A DNA stretch of 64,000 nucleotides from a virus (lineage: Duplodnaviria > Caudoviricetes), in the IMG/VR virus record IMGVR_UViG_3300031949_000028, positions 1,009 through 65,008 of that record. One strand, 5' to 3'. The translations under genes and the position numbers were made by a program. Shown one piece after another: positions 1-10,076 of this stretch. A model generated the notes under the pieces. The model saw only the letters and a list, made by a program, of their open reading frames with translations. It did no database searches and had not been told where the DNA came from. Every line of letters starts with the position of its first letter. The stretch's first letter is position 1.

Positions 1-24
1 TGGTTCGGCGCTCTGTGGGCCTTC

Positions 25-303
25 GTGGCTGTGATGCATGCAAGGCACATCATGACGCGCGCAGAACTGTCGAAGTTCTGGAAAGTAAACCTAGCGCCTT
101 TGGCCGTGATCGGACTGTTACTTGACGCGGCATTCAACATCACGTTCGGGACTCTGTTTTTTCGCGAGTTACCGAAGGAGTGGTTATTTTCGAGCAGGGT
201 ACAAAGGCATTGGCGATCCGATAAGAACGATAGGATGGCAGTGTTCTGGGCTGCTCGTCTGAATGAGATCGACGCAGGCCATATTCACGAGCCGCGTGAA
301 TGA
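25..303 (+). CDS. hypothetical membrane protein
   Basis: ORF with hydrophobic stretch LAPLAVIGLLLDAAFNITFGTLFF; overlaps the lysozyme start (ATGA-type overlap). Confidence 0.6.
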   Translation: MAVMHARHIMTRAELSKFWKVNLAPLAVIGLLLDAAFNITFGTLFFRELPKEWLFSSRVQRHWRSDKNDRMAVFWAARLNEIDAGHIHEPRE

Positions 304-755
304 ACCTCGATCACTTGCTCGCTGACCTGAAGTCCGAGGAAGGTTGGCGCGCGTCGGTGTACGACGACTCGAACGGGCAACCGATCACGAAAGGAACGCT
401 GGTCAAAGGCTACCCCACGGTAGGCTATGGCTTCTGCGTCGATGCTTTCAAAGGCGCGCCGTTACCGCAGGAAGTGGCCGACTTCTGGCTACAGCACCTT
501 GTTGAGAAAGTCACAGCCGAGATCGAGTCTAGTTGGCAGCCCTACGTGACGCAGCACGAGGACGTACAGCGGGCGCTCGTGCAGATGGCGTACCAGCTTG
601 GGGTGAGCGGCCTGCTCGGCTTCAAGCTGATGCTGGCGGCCCTGGAGCGAGGGGACCGCGAGACGGCCGCTGAAAACGCTTTGGATTCCACTTGGCACAC
701 CCAGACCCCGGCCAGGGCCGAAAGGGTCGCGGCTTTGATTCGAGGAGAAACATAG
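300..755 (+). CDS. endolysin, T4-type lysozyme (GH24-like)
   Basis: LKSEEGWRASVYDDSNG...GYPTVGYG catalytic E/D/T pattern; LVQMAYQLGVSGLLGFKLMLAAL and AAENALDSTW..QTPARA typical of this family. Confidence 0.92.
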   Translation: MNLDHLLADLKSEEGWRASVYDDSNGQPITKGTLVKGYPTVGYGFCVDAFKGAPLPQEVADFWLQHLVEKVTAEIESSWQPYVTQHEDVQRALVQMAYQLGVSGLLGFKLMLAALERGDRETAAENALDSTWHTQTPARAERVAALIRGET

Positions 756-959
756 ATGGCCGACGAACCTAAAGTCATTCAGCGCTCATCCTGGCAGCGC
801 AAGAAGTACCAACTGACGCTGCTCGTGTTTGCGATGGGCGTATTCATCGCATACCGAACCAACTCGGACCTTGGGGCGTGGACGCTGTTTGGCACGTTCA
901 TTCTTGGAACGTTTGCGGCGGCGGACGTGGCGGACAAGCGGCTGAACGGGGCGGCGTAG
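756..959 (+). CDS. putative holin (two TM helices)
   Basis: 67 aa, two hydrophobic segments, directly after the endolysin. Confidence 0.6.
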   Translation: MADEPKVIQRSSWQRKKYQLTLLVFAMGVFIAYRTNSDLGAWTLFGTFILGTFAAADVADKRLNGAA

Positions 960-1390
960 TGGGGATCAAGTCGTTCGCGATGAAGCACCTTCTCGGTATC
1001 GACGCGGAGAAGGCCGGAGCGCTCGCCGGTAAGGCTGCCGACATCATCGGCCGATACGCACCTGGGATCACCGGCAAGGATGAGATGGTCAAGGAGCTGA
1101 TCGAGCTCCAAGGGTCTGGGCAAGACTCAGCGCGCGCTCACGATCAGCCGATGGCGTCCGGCGTTCCGATCATGGACGCGCTCATCAACGGCATCAACCG
1201 GTTGATTCGTCCGTTCGTCGCTGTGGGATTGATCGGCGGATACATGGGCTGGTGGATGGTTCCGGCGCCCGGCACGGTAGATCCTGAGTTGTACTCCATG
1301 CTCAAGATCGTGCTGCTGTTCTACTTCGGCGGTCGTACGGTGTTCAAAGACTTGCCGCAGGCGATTCAGTACATGAAGGGATTGAGGTGA
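959..1390 (+). CDS. holin-like membrane protein (3TM-holin-like)
   Basis: GTG at 959 (alternative ATG at 980); INRLIRPFVAVGLIGG and LKIVLLFYFGGRTVFK resemble the 3TM holin family motifs. Confidence 0.6.
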   Translation: MGIKSFAMKHLLGIDAEKAGALAGKAADIIGRYAPGITGKDEMVKELIELQGSGQDSARAHDQPMASGVPIMDALINGINRLIRPFVAVGLIGGYMGWWMVPAPGTVDPELYSMLKIVLLFYFGGRTVFKDLPQAIQYMKGLR

Positions 1391-1391
1391 A

Positions 1392-1652
1392 GTGGCCGAC
1401 CCGCCCAACGGCAAAGTCCGCATTGCCCTAGACGCCGCGATCATCCTTTTCGTGATCGGACTGTCGTTCTATTCAGGCATTTTGACGCAGAAAGTGAACG
1501 ACCTTCGGGATGCGATCAACACGCGCGGTCGGGTGCAGATCAGCATCGAGGCTAGCAATCGCATCACTGCTTTGGAGTCCCACGACATGAGGCAGGACAT
1601 GCGGCTGCTAGAGCTCGAAAAGCAGCTCAGGGACTGGATCAATGGACGCTAG
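1392..1652 (+). CDS. single-pass membrane protein with coiled coil
   Basis: TM IALDAAIILFVIGLSFYSGIL followed by heptad-like helix. Confidence 0.6.
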   Translation: MADPPNGKVRIALDAAIILFVIGLSFYSGILTQKVNDLRDAINTRGRVQISIEASNRITALESHDMRQDMRLLELEKQLRDWINGR

Positions 1653-1780
1653 CCGAAATAGGTTAGCTATGCTAAAAAGGACGGCGGGCGCCGGGCTTTC
1701 GCCTGACACCCGCCGAGACAATCGACCCCACGACTTTGAGAGGCTATGGGGCCAATGCCTGTCGCGAAGCGTAGCACCGA

Positions 1781-2065
1781 GTGACGCCTACTGAGCGTCA
1801 ACCAGACGACACAGACGACAGCGAGTTGTCGCCTCGGCAGGTTGTTCACAATCACTACAGCCAGCACAAGAACGGCAACGGGGCGAATCGAATCGTCTGG
1901 GCCGTCTGCGGGACTCTCGTCGTCGTCAACGTAGGCGGGCTTATAGGAGCTTTGGCGTGGTTCAACATGCGGGTTCTGGAACTGTCGAGCCAGGTGGCGG
2001 GATTGTCGGCGGCGTTCGCGGCGATGCAGGCGACTCTGGCGGCTCTCATTCAGCGTCTACCATGA
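1781..2065 (+). CDS. single-pass membrane protein with coiled coil
   Basis: TM IVWAVCGTLVVVNVGGLIGALAWF followed by amphipathic helix. Confidence 0.6.
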   Translation: MTPTERQPDDTDDSELSPRQVVHNHYSQHKNGNGANRIVWAVCGTLVVVNVGGLIGALAWFNMRVLELSSQVAGLSAAFAAMQATLAALIQRLP

Positions 2066-2322
2066 AGCAGGACTCGCCGGATCAGTCGATACACGCGACC
2101 TCTGCCCCTGGTAGCTTTATCCACCTCACAATCGACAAGGCAATCGGGAAGCAGTTTCTCATCATCATTTGGCTCAGCGCGTTTGTCGCATCCTTGGCAG
2201 TATTGGTGATGCTGGTTTTGTGGGATGCTCACCGCATTACCAGGCAGCATGTCAAAATACTTGAGTACGATCTTATGGACCTTCGGTCAAAGACCGGCAA
2301 CTCACACGAAAACACGGAGTAG
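2062..2322 (+). CDS. single-pass membrane protein
   Basis: ATG at 2062 overlapping previous TGA; TM FLIIIWLSAFVASLAVLVMLVLW. Confidence 0.6.
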   Translation: MKQDSPDQSIHATSAPGSFIHLTIDKAIGKQFLIIIWLSAFVASLAVLVMLVLWDAHRITRQHVKILEYDLMDLRSKTGNSHENTE

Positions 2323-2325
2323 AAT

Positions 2326-2589
2326 ATGGCACATGCATGGTGGCATTTTTGCCTAACTGTTGGCGATGAGACTGGCGAAAAGATTCCGCTAAAGCTCAAA
2401 GAGGGGAAGCGCGGCAATGCGTGCGGACTTTTCCGATTGCCTCACGATTGGACCGATGAGCAGCAGAAGGAAGCTATCGCTCGTGCTGACGCGCTCGCGA
2501 TGGATCTCGTAGCGATCTTTCGCAAGCCGCAAGAGTCGATCGTGTTCAATCCGATGCAGGGCACGCCTACCGTGCTGCCTGATCCGTGA
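2326..2589 (+). CDS. hypothetical protein
   Basis: ORF with upstream GGAG, coupled to the next gene. Confidence 0.5.
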   Translation: MAHAWWHFCLTVGDETGEKIPLKLKEGKRGNACGLFRLPHDWTDEQQKEAIARADALAMDLVAIFRKPQESIVFNPMQGTPTVLPDP

Positions 2590-2891
2590 TCCTCGATCCC
2601 GTCGCTATCGCCAAGGCTCTGGGAGCCCCTGTAGGGGCCGCTGCGGTGCCCTTGGTGATGATGTATACGCTCTTTACCCCACAAGCTCAGTACGCCCGTC
2701 ACGTCGCCGAGGAACGTACAACGACGGTTCAGAACCTCATTCGCGACCTACAGTCCGAACCTTCCGGGGCGTACCACGATACCCTTTGCCGAACGCTCGA
2801 ACAGACTCTAGCGGCGATCTGTCTCGACTCTCGCGAGCATCCCTTTTGCGTTGATCGTGGCGAGCTTATGGCTAAGGCTAGGTGTCGGTAG
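2586..2891 (+). CDS. membrane-anchored protein with Cys pairs
   Basis: N-terminal hydrophobic segment; four C-terminal Cys. Confidence 0.5.
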   Translation: MILDPVAIAKALGAPVGAAAVPLVMMYTLFTPQAQYARHVAEERTTTVQNLIRDLQSEPSGAYHDTLCRTLEQTLAAICLDSREHPFCVDRGELMAKARCR

Positions 2892-3024
2892 CTTCTGCCG
2901 TCGTTCGACTAAATTTAGTGCAGCCGATTAACGAGGTTGGCTGCTATCTCGGGACCTGTTTTGGCCTGCGCTCGGGTAGGTGCCTCACACCCTGACTCGT
3001 TTCAATCCTCTGCTTCGTTCGCGA

Positions 3025-3135
3025 CTAAATCAGCCAGCGGATAAGTTCTGGCAGGGCGGCGCCGAATAGCACGCACGCGACCATCATCCACCAGCCAAGC
3101 GCCGATCCGCGATCCTTACCGCCAAACTCAATCAT
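3025..3135 (-). CDS. 36-aa membrane peptide (below ORF-track cutoff)
   Basis: MIEFGGKDRGSALGWWMMVACVLFGAALPELIRWLI; GAGGG Shine-Dalgarno upstream. Confidence 0.55.
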   Translation of the reverse strand: MIEFGGKDRGSALGWWMMVACVLFGAALPELIRWLI

Positions 3136-3155
3136 ACTTTCCCTCGTTCGTACCC

Positions 3156-3164
3156 TGCTACAAT
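3156..3164 (+). promoter_or_regulatory. extended -10 promoter element TGcTACAAT
   Basis: TG-N-TACAAT directly upstream of a non-coding structured tract. Confidence 0.45.
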
Positions 3165-3170
3165 TCAGCC

Positions 3171-3310
3171 GCGAGGTCGGTGCTGGGCCGGGGATGAGCT
3201 CCCGGTTGCACTCTGCCCCGAAAGGGTAATGCAGGAAGGAACCACCGTTCGGGCGCTACGCTCACGCTACTCGCCTTTTAGAGAGGGGCGGTCGTCCCGC
3301 CCCACCCCTG
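3171..3310 (+). ncRNA. candidate structured ncRNA
   Basis: three-way junction (CGGTG 3178-82 with CACCG 3243-47; hairpins 3188-3205 and 3207-3233, the latter with a GAAA tetraloop) plus terminal hairpin 3285-3303; no ORF. Confidence 0.35.
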
Positions 3311-3481
3311 CTAGTACAGCCCCGACTCCTTGAGCCTCTTTCTGACCTTGGCCGAACGCTTCCGATCGGCGCCCCTCTCGAGCTGACGAGACCTCCAGTC
3401 GGCGTTGAGCATCCCGCTTATCTCCTTACCTAGCTTGTCGAGATCTTTACGCAGCTTCGGGCTTGTGCAATCCTGACTCAT
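3311..3481 (-). CDS. small basic hypothetical protein
   Basis: ATG at 3481 with upstream GGAG; MSQDCTSPKLRKDL... Confidence 0.5.
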   Translation of the reverse strand: MSQDCTSPKLRKDLDKLGKEISGMLNADWRSRQLERGADRKRSAKVRKRLKESGLY

Positions 3482-3664
3482 GTTGCTTCTCCGTTGATGA
3501 GCCCCGGCGCCAACCGGGGCAGCCGATCTACTTGATCGGCTAAGCACATTATATCAAACGCTTGTTTCTGCTCATTTTTTGAGCAATCAGACGCCGCAAG
3601 TGTTTGATCGTTCGTTGCCTCGACCTTCGCAAGCTCTTGATCGCGCAATGAACGCGAGTCTCAC

Positions 3665-4504
3665 TCACACCAAGTTCATTTGACGCTGCCGAGCTGCGCA
3701 CGCTGGGTTGAGGTATAGCACCTCGCGCCGCGGCGTTGCACCATCCGCCATCGCGTCCGTTTCGACGCGCTCCCACCCAGCATAGAGCCGATCGTATAGC
3801 TCGCTGTCGTAGCTGCTCAGCACCACCATCCCGGCGCAGGACTGCAGCGCGCCGGCAAGCTGCTCGTGGTCGGCCGTCTCCATCTCATAAGCATAGTTCT
3901 TGTTGCGACCGCGGAACGTCCGTGTTTCGACCGGGTAGGGTGGATCCGCATAGATCAGCGTATCGGGTCCGTCGTGCTGCTCAATGACCTGTAGCGCCGG
4001 CCGGTTCTCGATGACGACTCCTGTCAGCCTCTCCACGAACGCCGCGATGTGGGCAGGGTAGTTGACCCAATCGTGCGCCGGCGTGGTGTTGGAGCGGTTC
4101 GAGTTTGCCCGGAAGCCGGTCGCGTACTCGCTGTTGATCGACGCAGAGCCGAAGCCGGCATAGCTGCGCAGGATCGTGTAGCGGGCGCGCTCGATGGCGC
4201 CGGCGCCGTCATCTGGCGGCTCGGCTTCGTACTCGTCCCGAGCGAACGGCGTGAGTCGCAACTGCCGCTCGAGCTCGCAGGCCTGCTCCTGGTCGCGTAG
4301 CACGCGGAACACGTTCACCACACCGCCCCACAGGTCGTTGTAGATCTCCGCGAACGACCGCTGCTTGCGCATCAGGACGCTGCCGGCGCCGCCGTAGGGC
4401 TCGACGTAGACCCGGTGCGGCGGGAACTGCGAGAGGATCCACGGAGCGAGCTTCCACTTGCCGCCGTGATACCGCAGGACCGGACGGGCGAGGTTAGCCG
4501 CCAT
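3665..4504 (-). CDS. DNA adenine methyltransferase (Dam/D12 class)
   Basis: LRYHGGKWKLAPWI, YVEPYGGAGSV (motif I), YADPPY (motif IV). Confidence 0.95.
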   Translation of the reverse strand: MAANLARPVLRYHGGKWKLAPWILSQFPPHRVYVEPYGGAGSVLMRKQRSFAEIYNDLWGGVVNVFRVLRDQEQACELERQLRLTPFARDEYEAEPPDDGAGAIERARYTILRSYAGFGSASINSEYATGFRANSNRSNTTPAHDWVNYPAHIAAFVERLTGVVIENRPALQVIEQHDGPDTLIYADPPYPVETRTFRGRNKNYAYEMETADHEQLAGALQSCAGMVVLSSYDSELYDRLYAGWERVETDAMADGATPRREVLYLNPACAARQRQMNLV

Positions 4505-5015
4505 CTGATTTGAGCGCGTGTGTCTCTACTCCACCGGCAAGTATCCGACGAATCGCCGCGAGCGGGTTGTTGTGGGGATCGGCGAGCGCGGCTGATATTG
4601 AATCTAATCTGAGCAGAGCAGAGTCGCGCTCATTCTTTATGTGTCGCGACGTGGGAGATGGCGTGGCAAGGTCGGAGATTTGCTTGATCATTACCCCATC
4701 CTCGTCCAGATCGCATAACTCAGAGATTTTGGATAATCTGCTCTCGGCCCTTGAAGCCCGCTCTCCGAGCTCGTGCAGCAGATCCTCGCAGTGCGAGTGG
4801 TCCTCGGAGAGTTGGTGTAGTCTGCATCCTTGCTCTTTCAGCTTATGCTCTAGGCGTTCGCGCGCCCGCACGGATGCGTCGAGCTGCTTCTGATGCGTAT
4901 CTGCCAGCCGTTCGCAGCTTTGCTCGAGATCGTGTAGTCGGGTGTTTTTCTCTTCGGCCTGGCTGAGCAGATGGCCGAGGTGCCCGCATTTTTCCTGCCA
5001 ATAAGTGATGCTCAT
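4494..5015 (-). CDS. coiled-coil hypothetical protein
   Basis: heptad-rich ORF in the coupled leftward operon. Confidence 0.6.
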   Translation of the reverse strand: MSITYWQEKCGHLGHLLSQAEEKNTRLHDLEQSCERLADTHQKQLDASVRARERLEHKLKEQGCRLHQLSEDHSHCEDLLHELGERASRAESRLSKISELCDLDEDGVMIKQISDLATPSPTSRHIKNERDSALLRLDSISAALADPHNNPLAAIRRILAGGVETHALKSDGG

Positions 5016-5335
5016 GTCGGCGGCTCCTCGATGGCGTGCGTGAGGTCGCGGAATGCTTCAGCCTCAGTCTTGACCAGCGAGACACGGTATTTACGCAGCG
5101 CGTAATGAATCGCCTCAAGCCACTTAACGTTGCGCTGGTGAACAGCGACTAGCGTCTCCAGGTTGTCGTAGCCGAGATCGGTCACGCGCTTTTGGAAAGG
5201 TTCTTCTAGTCGGGACCGTTGCTCTTTGATGATCGCGGCGGCGCGCCGGCACACCCCGACAGACGCGATCTCGTTTCGGCCTATCGATTCAAGCCATTCA
5301 ACTATCAAATCGTCTCGCTCGGGCAACTCGTTCAC
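5012..5335 (-). CDS. hypothetical protein
   Basis: ORF with SD; ATGA overlap. Confidence 0.6.
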   Translation of the reverse strand: MNELPERDDLIVEWLESIGRNEIASVGVCRRAAAIIKEQRSRLEEPFQKRVTDLGYDNLETLVAVHQRNVKWLEAIHYALRKYRVSLVKTEAEAFRDLTHAIEEPPT

Positions 5336-5537
5336 TTCCTTCTCCTAGATGCCCTGCGAGCGGCTCTTGGGGCCGGGCCAGCCCATCACGAGAGATACGC
5401 AGTTCGTGGCTAGTAGCGAGGCCCGTGCACGCCTTATGCACGCTGAGCGGCTGGCAAGCCTCTGTCCCACGCTCCGTACCTCTTGGCCTTCAATCCGCGT
5501 TGTCATGCGCGTCATTCGCTTGCTCGCTGAACGGTGT

Positions 5538-5837
5538 TCATTTCGGCGCTCCCACGACGCCTACAGTGATCTCTACCGGCTCTTGCCGTCCGTCGTCGTG
5601 AACCATCGTCGCTTGGATCGGCTTCATTGGAAGCCCATCAACGATGTTGAGCACGTTCTGCGCCGTTACCCTAATCTCCCACGAGACCTCGCGAGCGGTG
5701 AGCGCGGTGCAGAACTTACGTATATGGTCTAGCTTGAGCAGAATGGCTTTGATTTCGCGAGGATCGGCCATGATCTCGACATCGTTGCCTTCATCGATCG
5801 CGGCATCGCACAGATCCATCAACGGTACTTTGCTCAT
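5538..5837 (-). CDS. hypothetical protein
   Basis: ORF in the coupled leftward operon. Confidence 0.55.
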   Translation of the reverse strand: MSKVPLMDLCDAAIDEGNDVEIMADPREIKAILLKLDHIRKFCTALTAREVSWEIRVTAQNVLNIVDGLPMKPIQATMVHDDGRQEPVEITVGVVGAPK

Positions 5838-6392
5838 TCACTGCCTCCAGTAGACCCGCGCGGCATCCCGTCGAGCCGTCGAAATTGCCTAGTAAAGCGC
5901 ACGATCGTGCGATCGTCGCTGGTCTCCGTGCTCGACTCTATCGGCCCGAACTCAAGTAGAGGTCGGTCGTCGAACCATAGAGTCGTCCACGGGCTGCCGG
6001 CGACACTCACGAGCCGGGAGGGGGCGCATCGAGCAGTTGTCAAAGACGCAGCCGTGCTCCGTGAACTCGTGAAGCGGCCAGGAGCACCAATCGCATCTGG
6101 CGAGCCATGTCTTATTGCGCTCGCGGATATTGTTGACTAGATTCATCAGCAAATTCATAGCTCGTTCCTCCGAGACCCTTTCCGGTCTCGCACGCAATCG
6201 CTACAGTAGTGTTTGCTCTTGATAGTGCGCCACCCGTCCGCGCGCATGTCCTCGAACAAACGCGACTTCGCACCGCTCGCGGAAGAGAAACCGCGCACTT
6301 CAAGGCCAGCCGCTTCGCCGTTTACGCATCCTGGCGTGTCGCAGAAGGCGAAGCACTCGAAAACAATACTCACTGGCCCTCCGAACACAAAC

Positions 6393-7358
6393 TCATAAAG
6401 CCAACGCGCGCTGAGAGAGCCGCTGCGCCTGTAGGGGCATGTAGTCGGCGTTGACTTCGCAACCGATCCACTGCCGGCCGAGAGCTTCCGCAACCTGTGC
6501 GGTAGTGCCGCTGCCCATGAATGGATCCAGTACGACATCGCCAGTTCGCGAACCTGCAAGGATGCAAGGCTCTATCAATTCGGCGGGGAAGGTCGCGAAA
6601 TGAGCACCGGGATACGGAGTCGTTGAAACCGTCCACACGGAGCGTTTGTTTCGTCCTTCGTAGGTCGGGGTGAATCCGCGGCCGTCACACTCGTTCCATT
6701 CGTTGCCGTCGTTTCTTGGCGATGCCTCTGCCTTGGCTGCTCGCCGTGTGAATCTTTGCCCATAAGGCGATTTAATCGACTGCGGCGAGTTCGGTGTCCG
6801 ATACTCTGCTGGCTCCCTGATAGCCGCCATGTCGCAGTAGTAGCTCTCAGATTTTGAGAGCAGGAACAGATACTCGTGGGCCTTTGTTGGCCGATCGGTG
6901 ACACTCTCCGGCATCGGGTTGGGCTTGTGCCAGATAATGTCGGAGCGCAGATACCAACCAGCCTCCTGGAGCGCGAAGGCGACGCGCCACGGAATGCCGA
7001 TCAAGTCTTTCGCCTTGAGTCCGGCCGGCAGTTCCTTTGCACGATTCGCCTGGCCGTATTGGTGCGTGCGGTGTTTCGTCTGTGACACCTGAACGCCACG
7101 TAAGCCCGCGTAGCTGTCACCGAGGTTCAGCCACAGCGTGCCGTCGTCGGCGAGCAGGTTACGCACCTCAGCGAGCACGGCGACTATCTCAGTAACGTAT
7201 GCCGCAGGCGTCGCCTCGAGCCCGATCTGCTCAGCGTGCCCGTAGTCGCGCAGGCCGAAGTAGGGAGGCGACGTGACACACGTCTGCACGCGCACGCCAG
7301 CCGCCGCCATCTGTGGCAGCAGCTCGCGGCAATCGCCGACGTGGCACTGGTTCAACAT
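6393..7358 (-). CDS. DNA methyltransferase (N4-C/N6-A, beta class)
   Basis: VTSPPYFGLRDY (motif IV) precedes VLDPFMGSGTT (motif I); HFATFPAELIEPCILAGS. Confidence 0.95.
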   Translation of the reverse strand: MLNQCHVGDCRELLPQMAAAGVRVQTCVTSPPYFGLRDYGHAEQIGLEATPAAYVTEIVAVLAEVRNLLADDGTLWLNLGDSYAGLRGVQVSQTKHRTHQYGQANRAKELPAGLKAKDLIGIPWRVAFALQEAGWYLRSDIIWHKPNPMPESVTDRPTKAHEYLFLLSKSESYYCDMAAIREPAEYRTPNSPQSIKSPYGQRFTRRAAKAEASPRNDGNEWNECDGRGFTPTYEGRNKRSVWTVSTTPYPGAHFATFPAELIEPCILAGSRTGDVVLDPFMGSGTTAQVAEALGRQWIGCEVNADYMPLQAQRLSQRALAL

Positions 7359-7701
7359 TTAGCCGTTGTGCTCCTGCGATCGTTGCCAGTCGCGATAGCG
7401 GGCTTCGCTTTCGCGCTGTCGCTCGCGCTCTTCTTTCTCGCGAGATCGCTCCTGCTCACGCTCATCGAACTCTCGCTGATACTGGTAAAAGTCTCTGCTT
7501 CCATTCATATTTTGTCCTCCCACGGCGCTGGCGTGTTGTGGCGACTCAACGGCCACCCGCATCTGCAAATCTCCTTGCGCCGCTCATGTTCGCTGTCAGC
7601 CTGGCTGAACTCGTTGCACGGCTCCTCGCTCACGCCTTTCGGCGTCGGCCACGGTGGGGTGCCATCCGTGAGATAGGCGAAGCGCGGATCTGCTGGCGGT
7701 A

Positions 7702-8022
7702 TCAGCGCCATATCTCCCCCTGTAGATGCTCAGGGAACATTCCCGGCTGGTGAATGACCTTACGCAGCTCGGCACGATGCTCGTCGCACAGGTCAGCACA
7801 CTCGTCCTCACCGCGCATGTAGGTGAATCCCACGCGAACGATCCAGCGCGACTGAACTTGCCTGCCAAGGTTCGAGCACGCGCCGCACTGCGACGTCGTG
7901 TTCTCCGGTCGCGGTTTCTCGTCAACGATCTTGGCGCGGAACTTAGCCACCTGTGCCCTCCGAATACACGGGCTTCTTTCCGAGGCACTTGATGCCGATA
8001 GTGAACTTGCCCACGCCGTCAC
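7702..8022 (-). CDS. hypothetical protein with Cys motifs
   Basis: CGAC...CADLC. Confidence 0.4.
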   Translation of the reverse strand: MTAWASSLSASSASERSPCIRRAQVAKFRAKIVDEKPRPENTTSQCGACSNLGRQVQSRWIVRVGFTYMRGEDECADLCDEHRAELRKVIHQPGMFPEHLQGEIWR

Positions 8023-9055
8023 CGGGCCACTCGATCACCTGGATACCGCCGATCACGACGAGTGAACCATTCCGGTTCTTTACGTAGGCTGCGACGGCCT
8101 TGTAGAGCCGGTCCGTGTAGCGGTCGATACCCTTCGCGGGTCGGCGCTGCCCTTTCTTTTTCATCGCGTTGTATACCTTCCACCCTTGAGCAGTTCGTTG
8201 ACGATGCGGTCCTGCTCGCGCCAGCCAGCAGCATTGGCGGCCTCGTCGGCTGCGCAGTTTTCGCAATCTTCGTCTAGGCTGACGTTGTGCTGGCACGTGT
8301 CGGGCTCTGGATCGTCGTTGTAGTCAAATTCTCTGTGCATCTGCCTTTACCTCTACAAAAAAGATCGGGGAAGTAAGAACCTCCCCGCCACCCACATGGC
8401 CCCGGTAGCGACTCCCGTCCTGCAGGAACGTGCCACGGTGGGAACTCTGTTCATTGGTTTGTTTTACCTCCACTCACTCTTTGAACGAGAGCTTGATGTC
8501 TGCGGTGCGGACCGTGAGCTTGTCGTACACGGCTACTTTGCCGCCGTGGCCGGCCGCCTCGACGGCAGCCTCCATGTCCTCGAAAATTGCAAGGTACGGC
8601 TCACCGTTGCCCGGCTGCTCTCTGACAACGAAAATCTTCTTCGGAAACAGAACTGCTTTCGTCATTTGATTACTCCCGGCAGTGTTCGGCGCAGTCGTCA
8701 CGCCCGCATTCGAGCGGCGAGAACGGGTCGGCGCTGATTTGCTGCATCGTCTCTAGGTCGAATCGCCGCTCGCAGTACACGCATGGATAGGTGCCGGCCG
8801 CATCGACAAGCCCTACTTGGCGATCGATGCTCGCCTCCATCAGCTCAACAGGATCTGGTATGTGCATTTGCTTCTCCGCGTTGCGCTAAACTCGCTCGAA
8901 ACGGACGCGAAACGCTTCGCAGTCCCATAGGGTTGTTCAGCCAGCACGATTGGCCGCCGAGCTCGAAGTTCAGCCACTCAAGCACCTCCGGGTCGTCTGC
9001 CGCAGTTGGCAGTTCCAGCTCGAAGGTCACGCGAATCTTTGTGCCTTTCTCCATG

Positions 9056-9667
9056 TCAGGCAGAAACCCTTTGTTGCAGCACGGCGCGCTCGACCTCTGT
9101 CAGATCCCACACGGCGAGCACGGCATACAGGTCGCCGCCGATGTGCTTGAGCAAAGCCGGGTCGCGCGGAGCAACGAATGACCACTCGGCCTCGAACAAG
9201 ATGTGATAGTTCGCGAGTGACGACGCGGGCCGATACCGTGGCGGCACGTTCGGCACCATCGCGCGGAAGCGGCCCCAGTTACCCTCGCGCGCCGGAATCG
9301 TGCCGATTGGGAATTTGCGGACGCTATGACGAGCCAGCGTGCTCGGGCTCTCGACCTCGGAGAACATCAGAGCGCCGTCGCTTTGTAGTTCGCACCAGCA
9401 TTCCTTTGACGATGCGCGTACCACGGCGATCCGCGGCAACTGAGCCGTCTTGCGAACGTTGTTCCACGTCTTAAACGTGTGTTCGACCGTCCCGCCGGCT
9501 TTCACCGCCTCGGACAGCTTGATGAGCTGCAACCCCTTCGAGAGCGCCTTGTACCCCTGCATGATCGCCGCGTCCTCGTCGCTGTGGCGGGTGCGTACGG
9601 CGTTGCGGTACTCGATGAAGGCACGCTTCGCTTCCTTCACGTCCATTACGATCGGGTCAAGATTCAT
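9056..9667 (-). CDS. conserved phage hypothetical protein
   Basis: 203-aa ORF with SD; C-terminal APRDPALLKHIGGDLYAVLAVWDLTEVERAVL. Confidence 0.7.
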   Translation of the reverse strand: MNLDPIVMDVKEAKRAFIEYRNAVRTRHSDEDAAIMQGYKALSKGLQLIKLSEAVKAGGTVEHTFKTWNNVRKTAQLPRIAVVRASSKECWCELQSDGALMFSEVESPSTLARHSVRKFPIGTIPAREGNWGRFRAMVPNVPPRYRPASSLANYHILFEAEWSFVAPRDPALLKHIGGDLYAVLAVWDLTEVERAVLQQRVSA

Positions 9668-10076
9668 TGTGTTCTCCTATCCGGCTAGGTTTGTTCGCCA
9701 TCGCCGGTCTCCATGTGAATCGGTCGTGGTGCTCCGGTGATTACGTCCCGCTTGGGCGCGTATTCGTGGTCGTATGGAGCGGTGCCAGGTTCGGCTCCGT
9801 AGAGCGGACCATGCACCGCCATGTGCGGCCCGTGCCCGCATTGCTTGCACTTCGGGATGCATTGGCACGTGCCGCCGACCGTGCGAATCGGACAAGCATG
9901 AATATCGATTGCGCCCACCATATTTCCTGTCTCAATTCGTAAGGCCCGCGAAGGCCCAGATTGCTTACGTTTCAGTACGTTACACGGAGTGCGAGTAACG
10001 GTATGACAAGTGCCTTGGCCTCAAACCCGCGCGCTGCTTACAAAGTTCAACAGCCATGCGGGCGTCGGACACGGCT

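Noticed and set aside
3240-3310. Resemblance to a group II intron 3' end
   Set aside because: No domain V with the catalytic triad, no interrupted gene and no maturase
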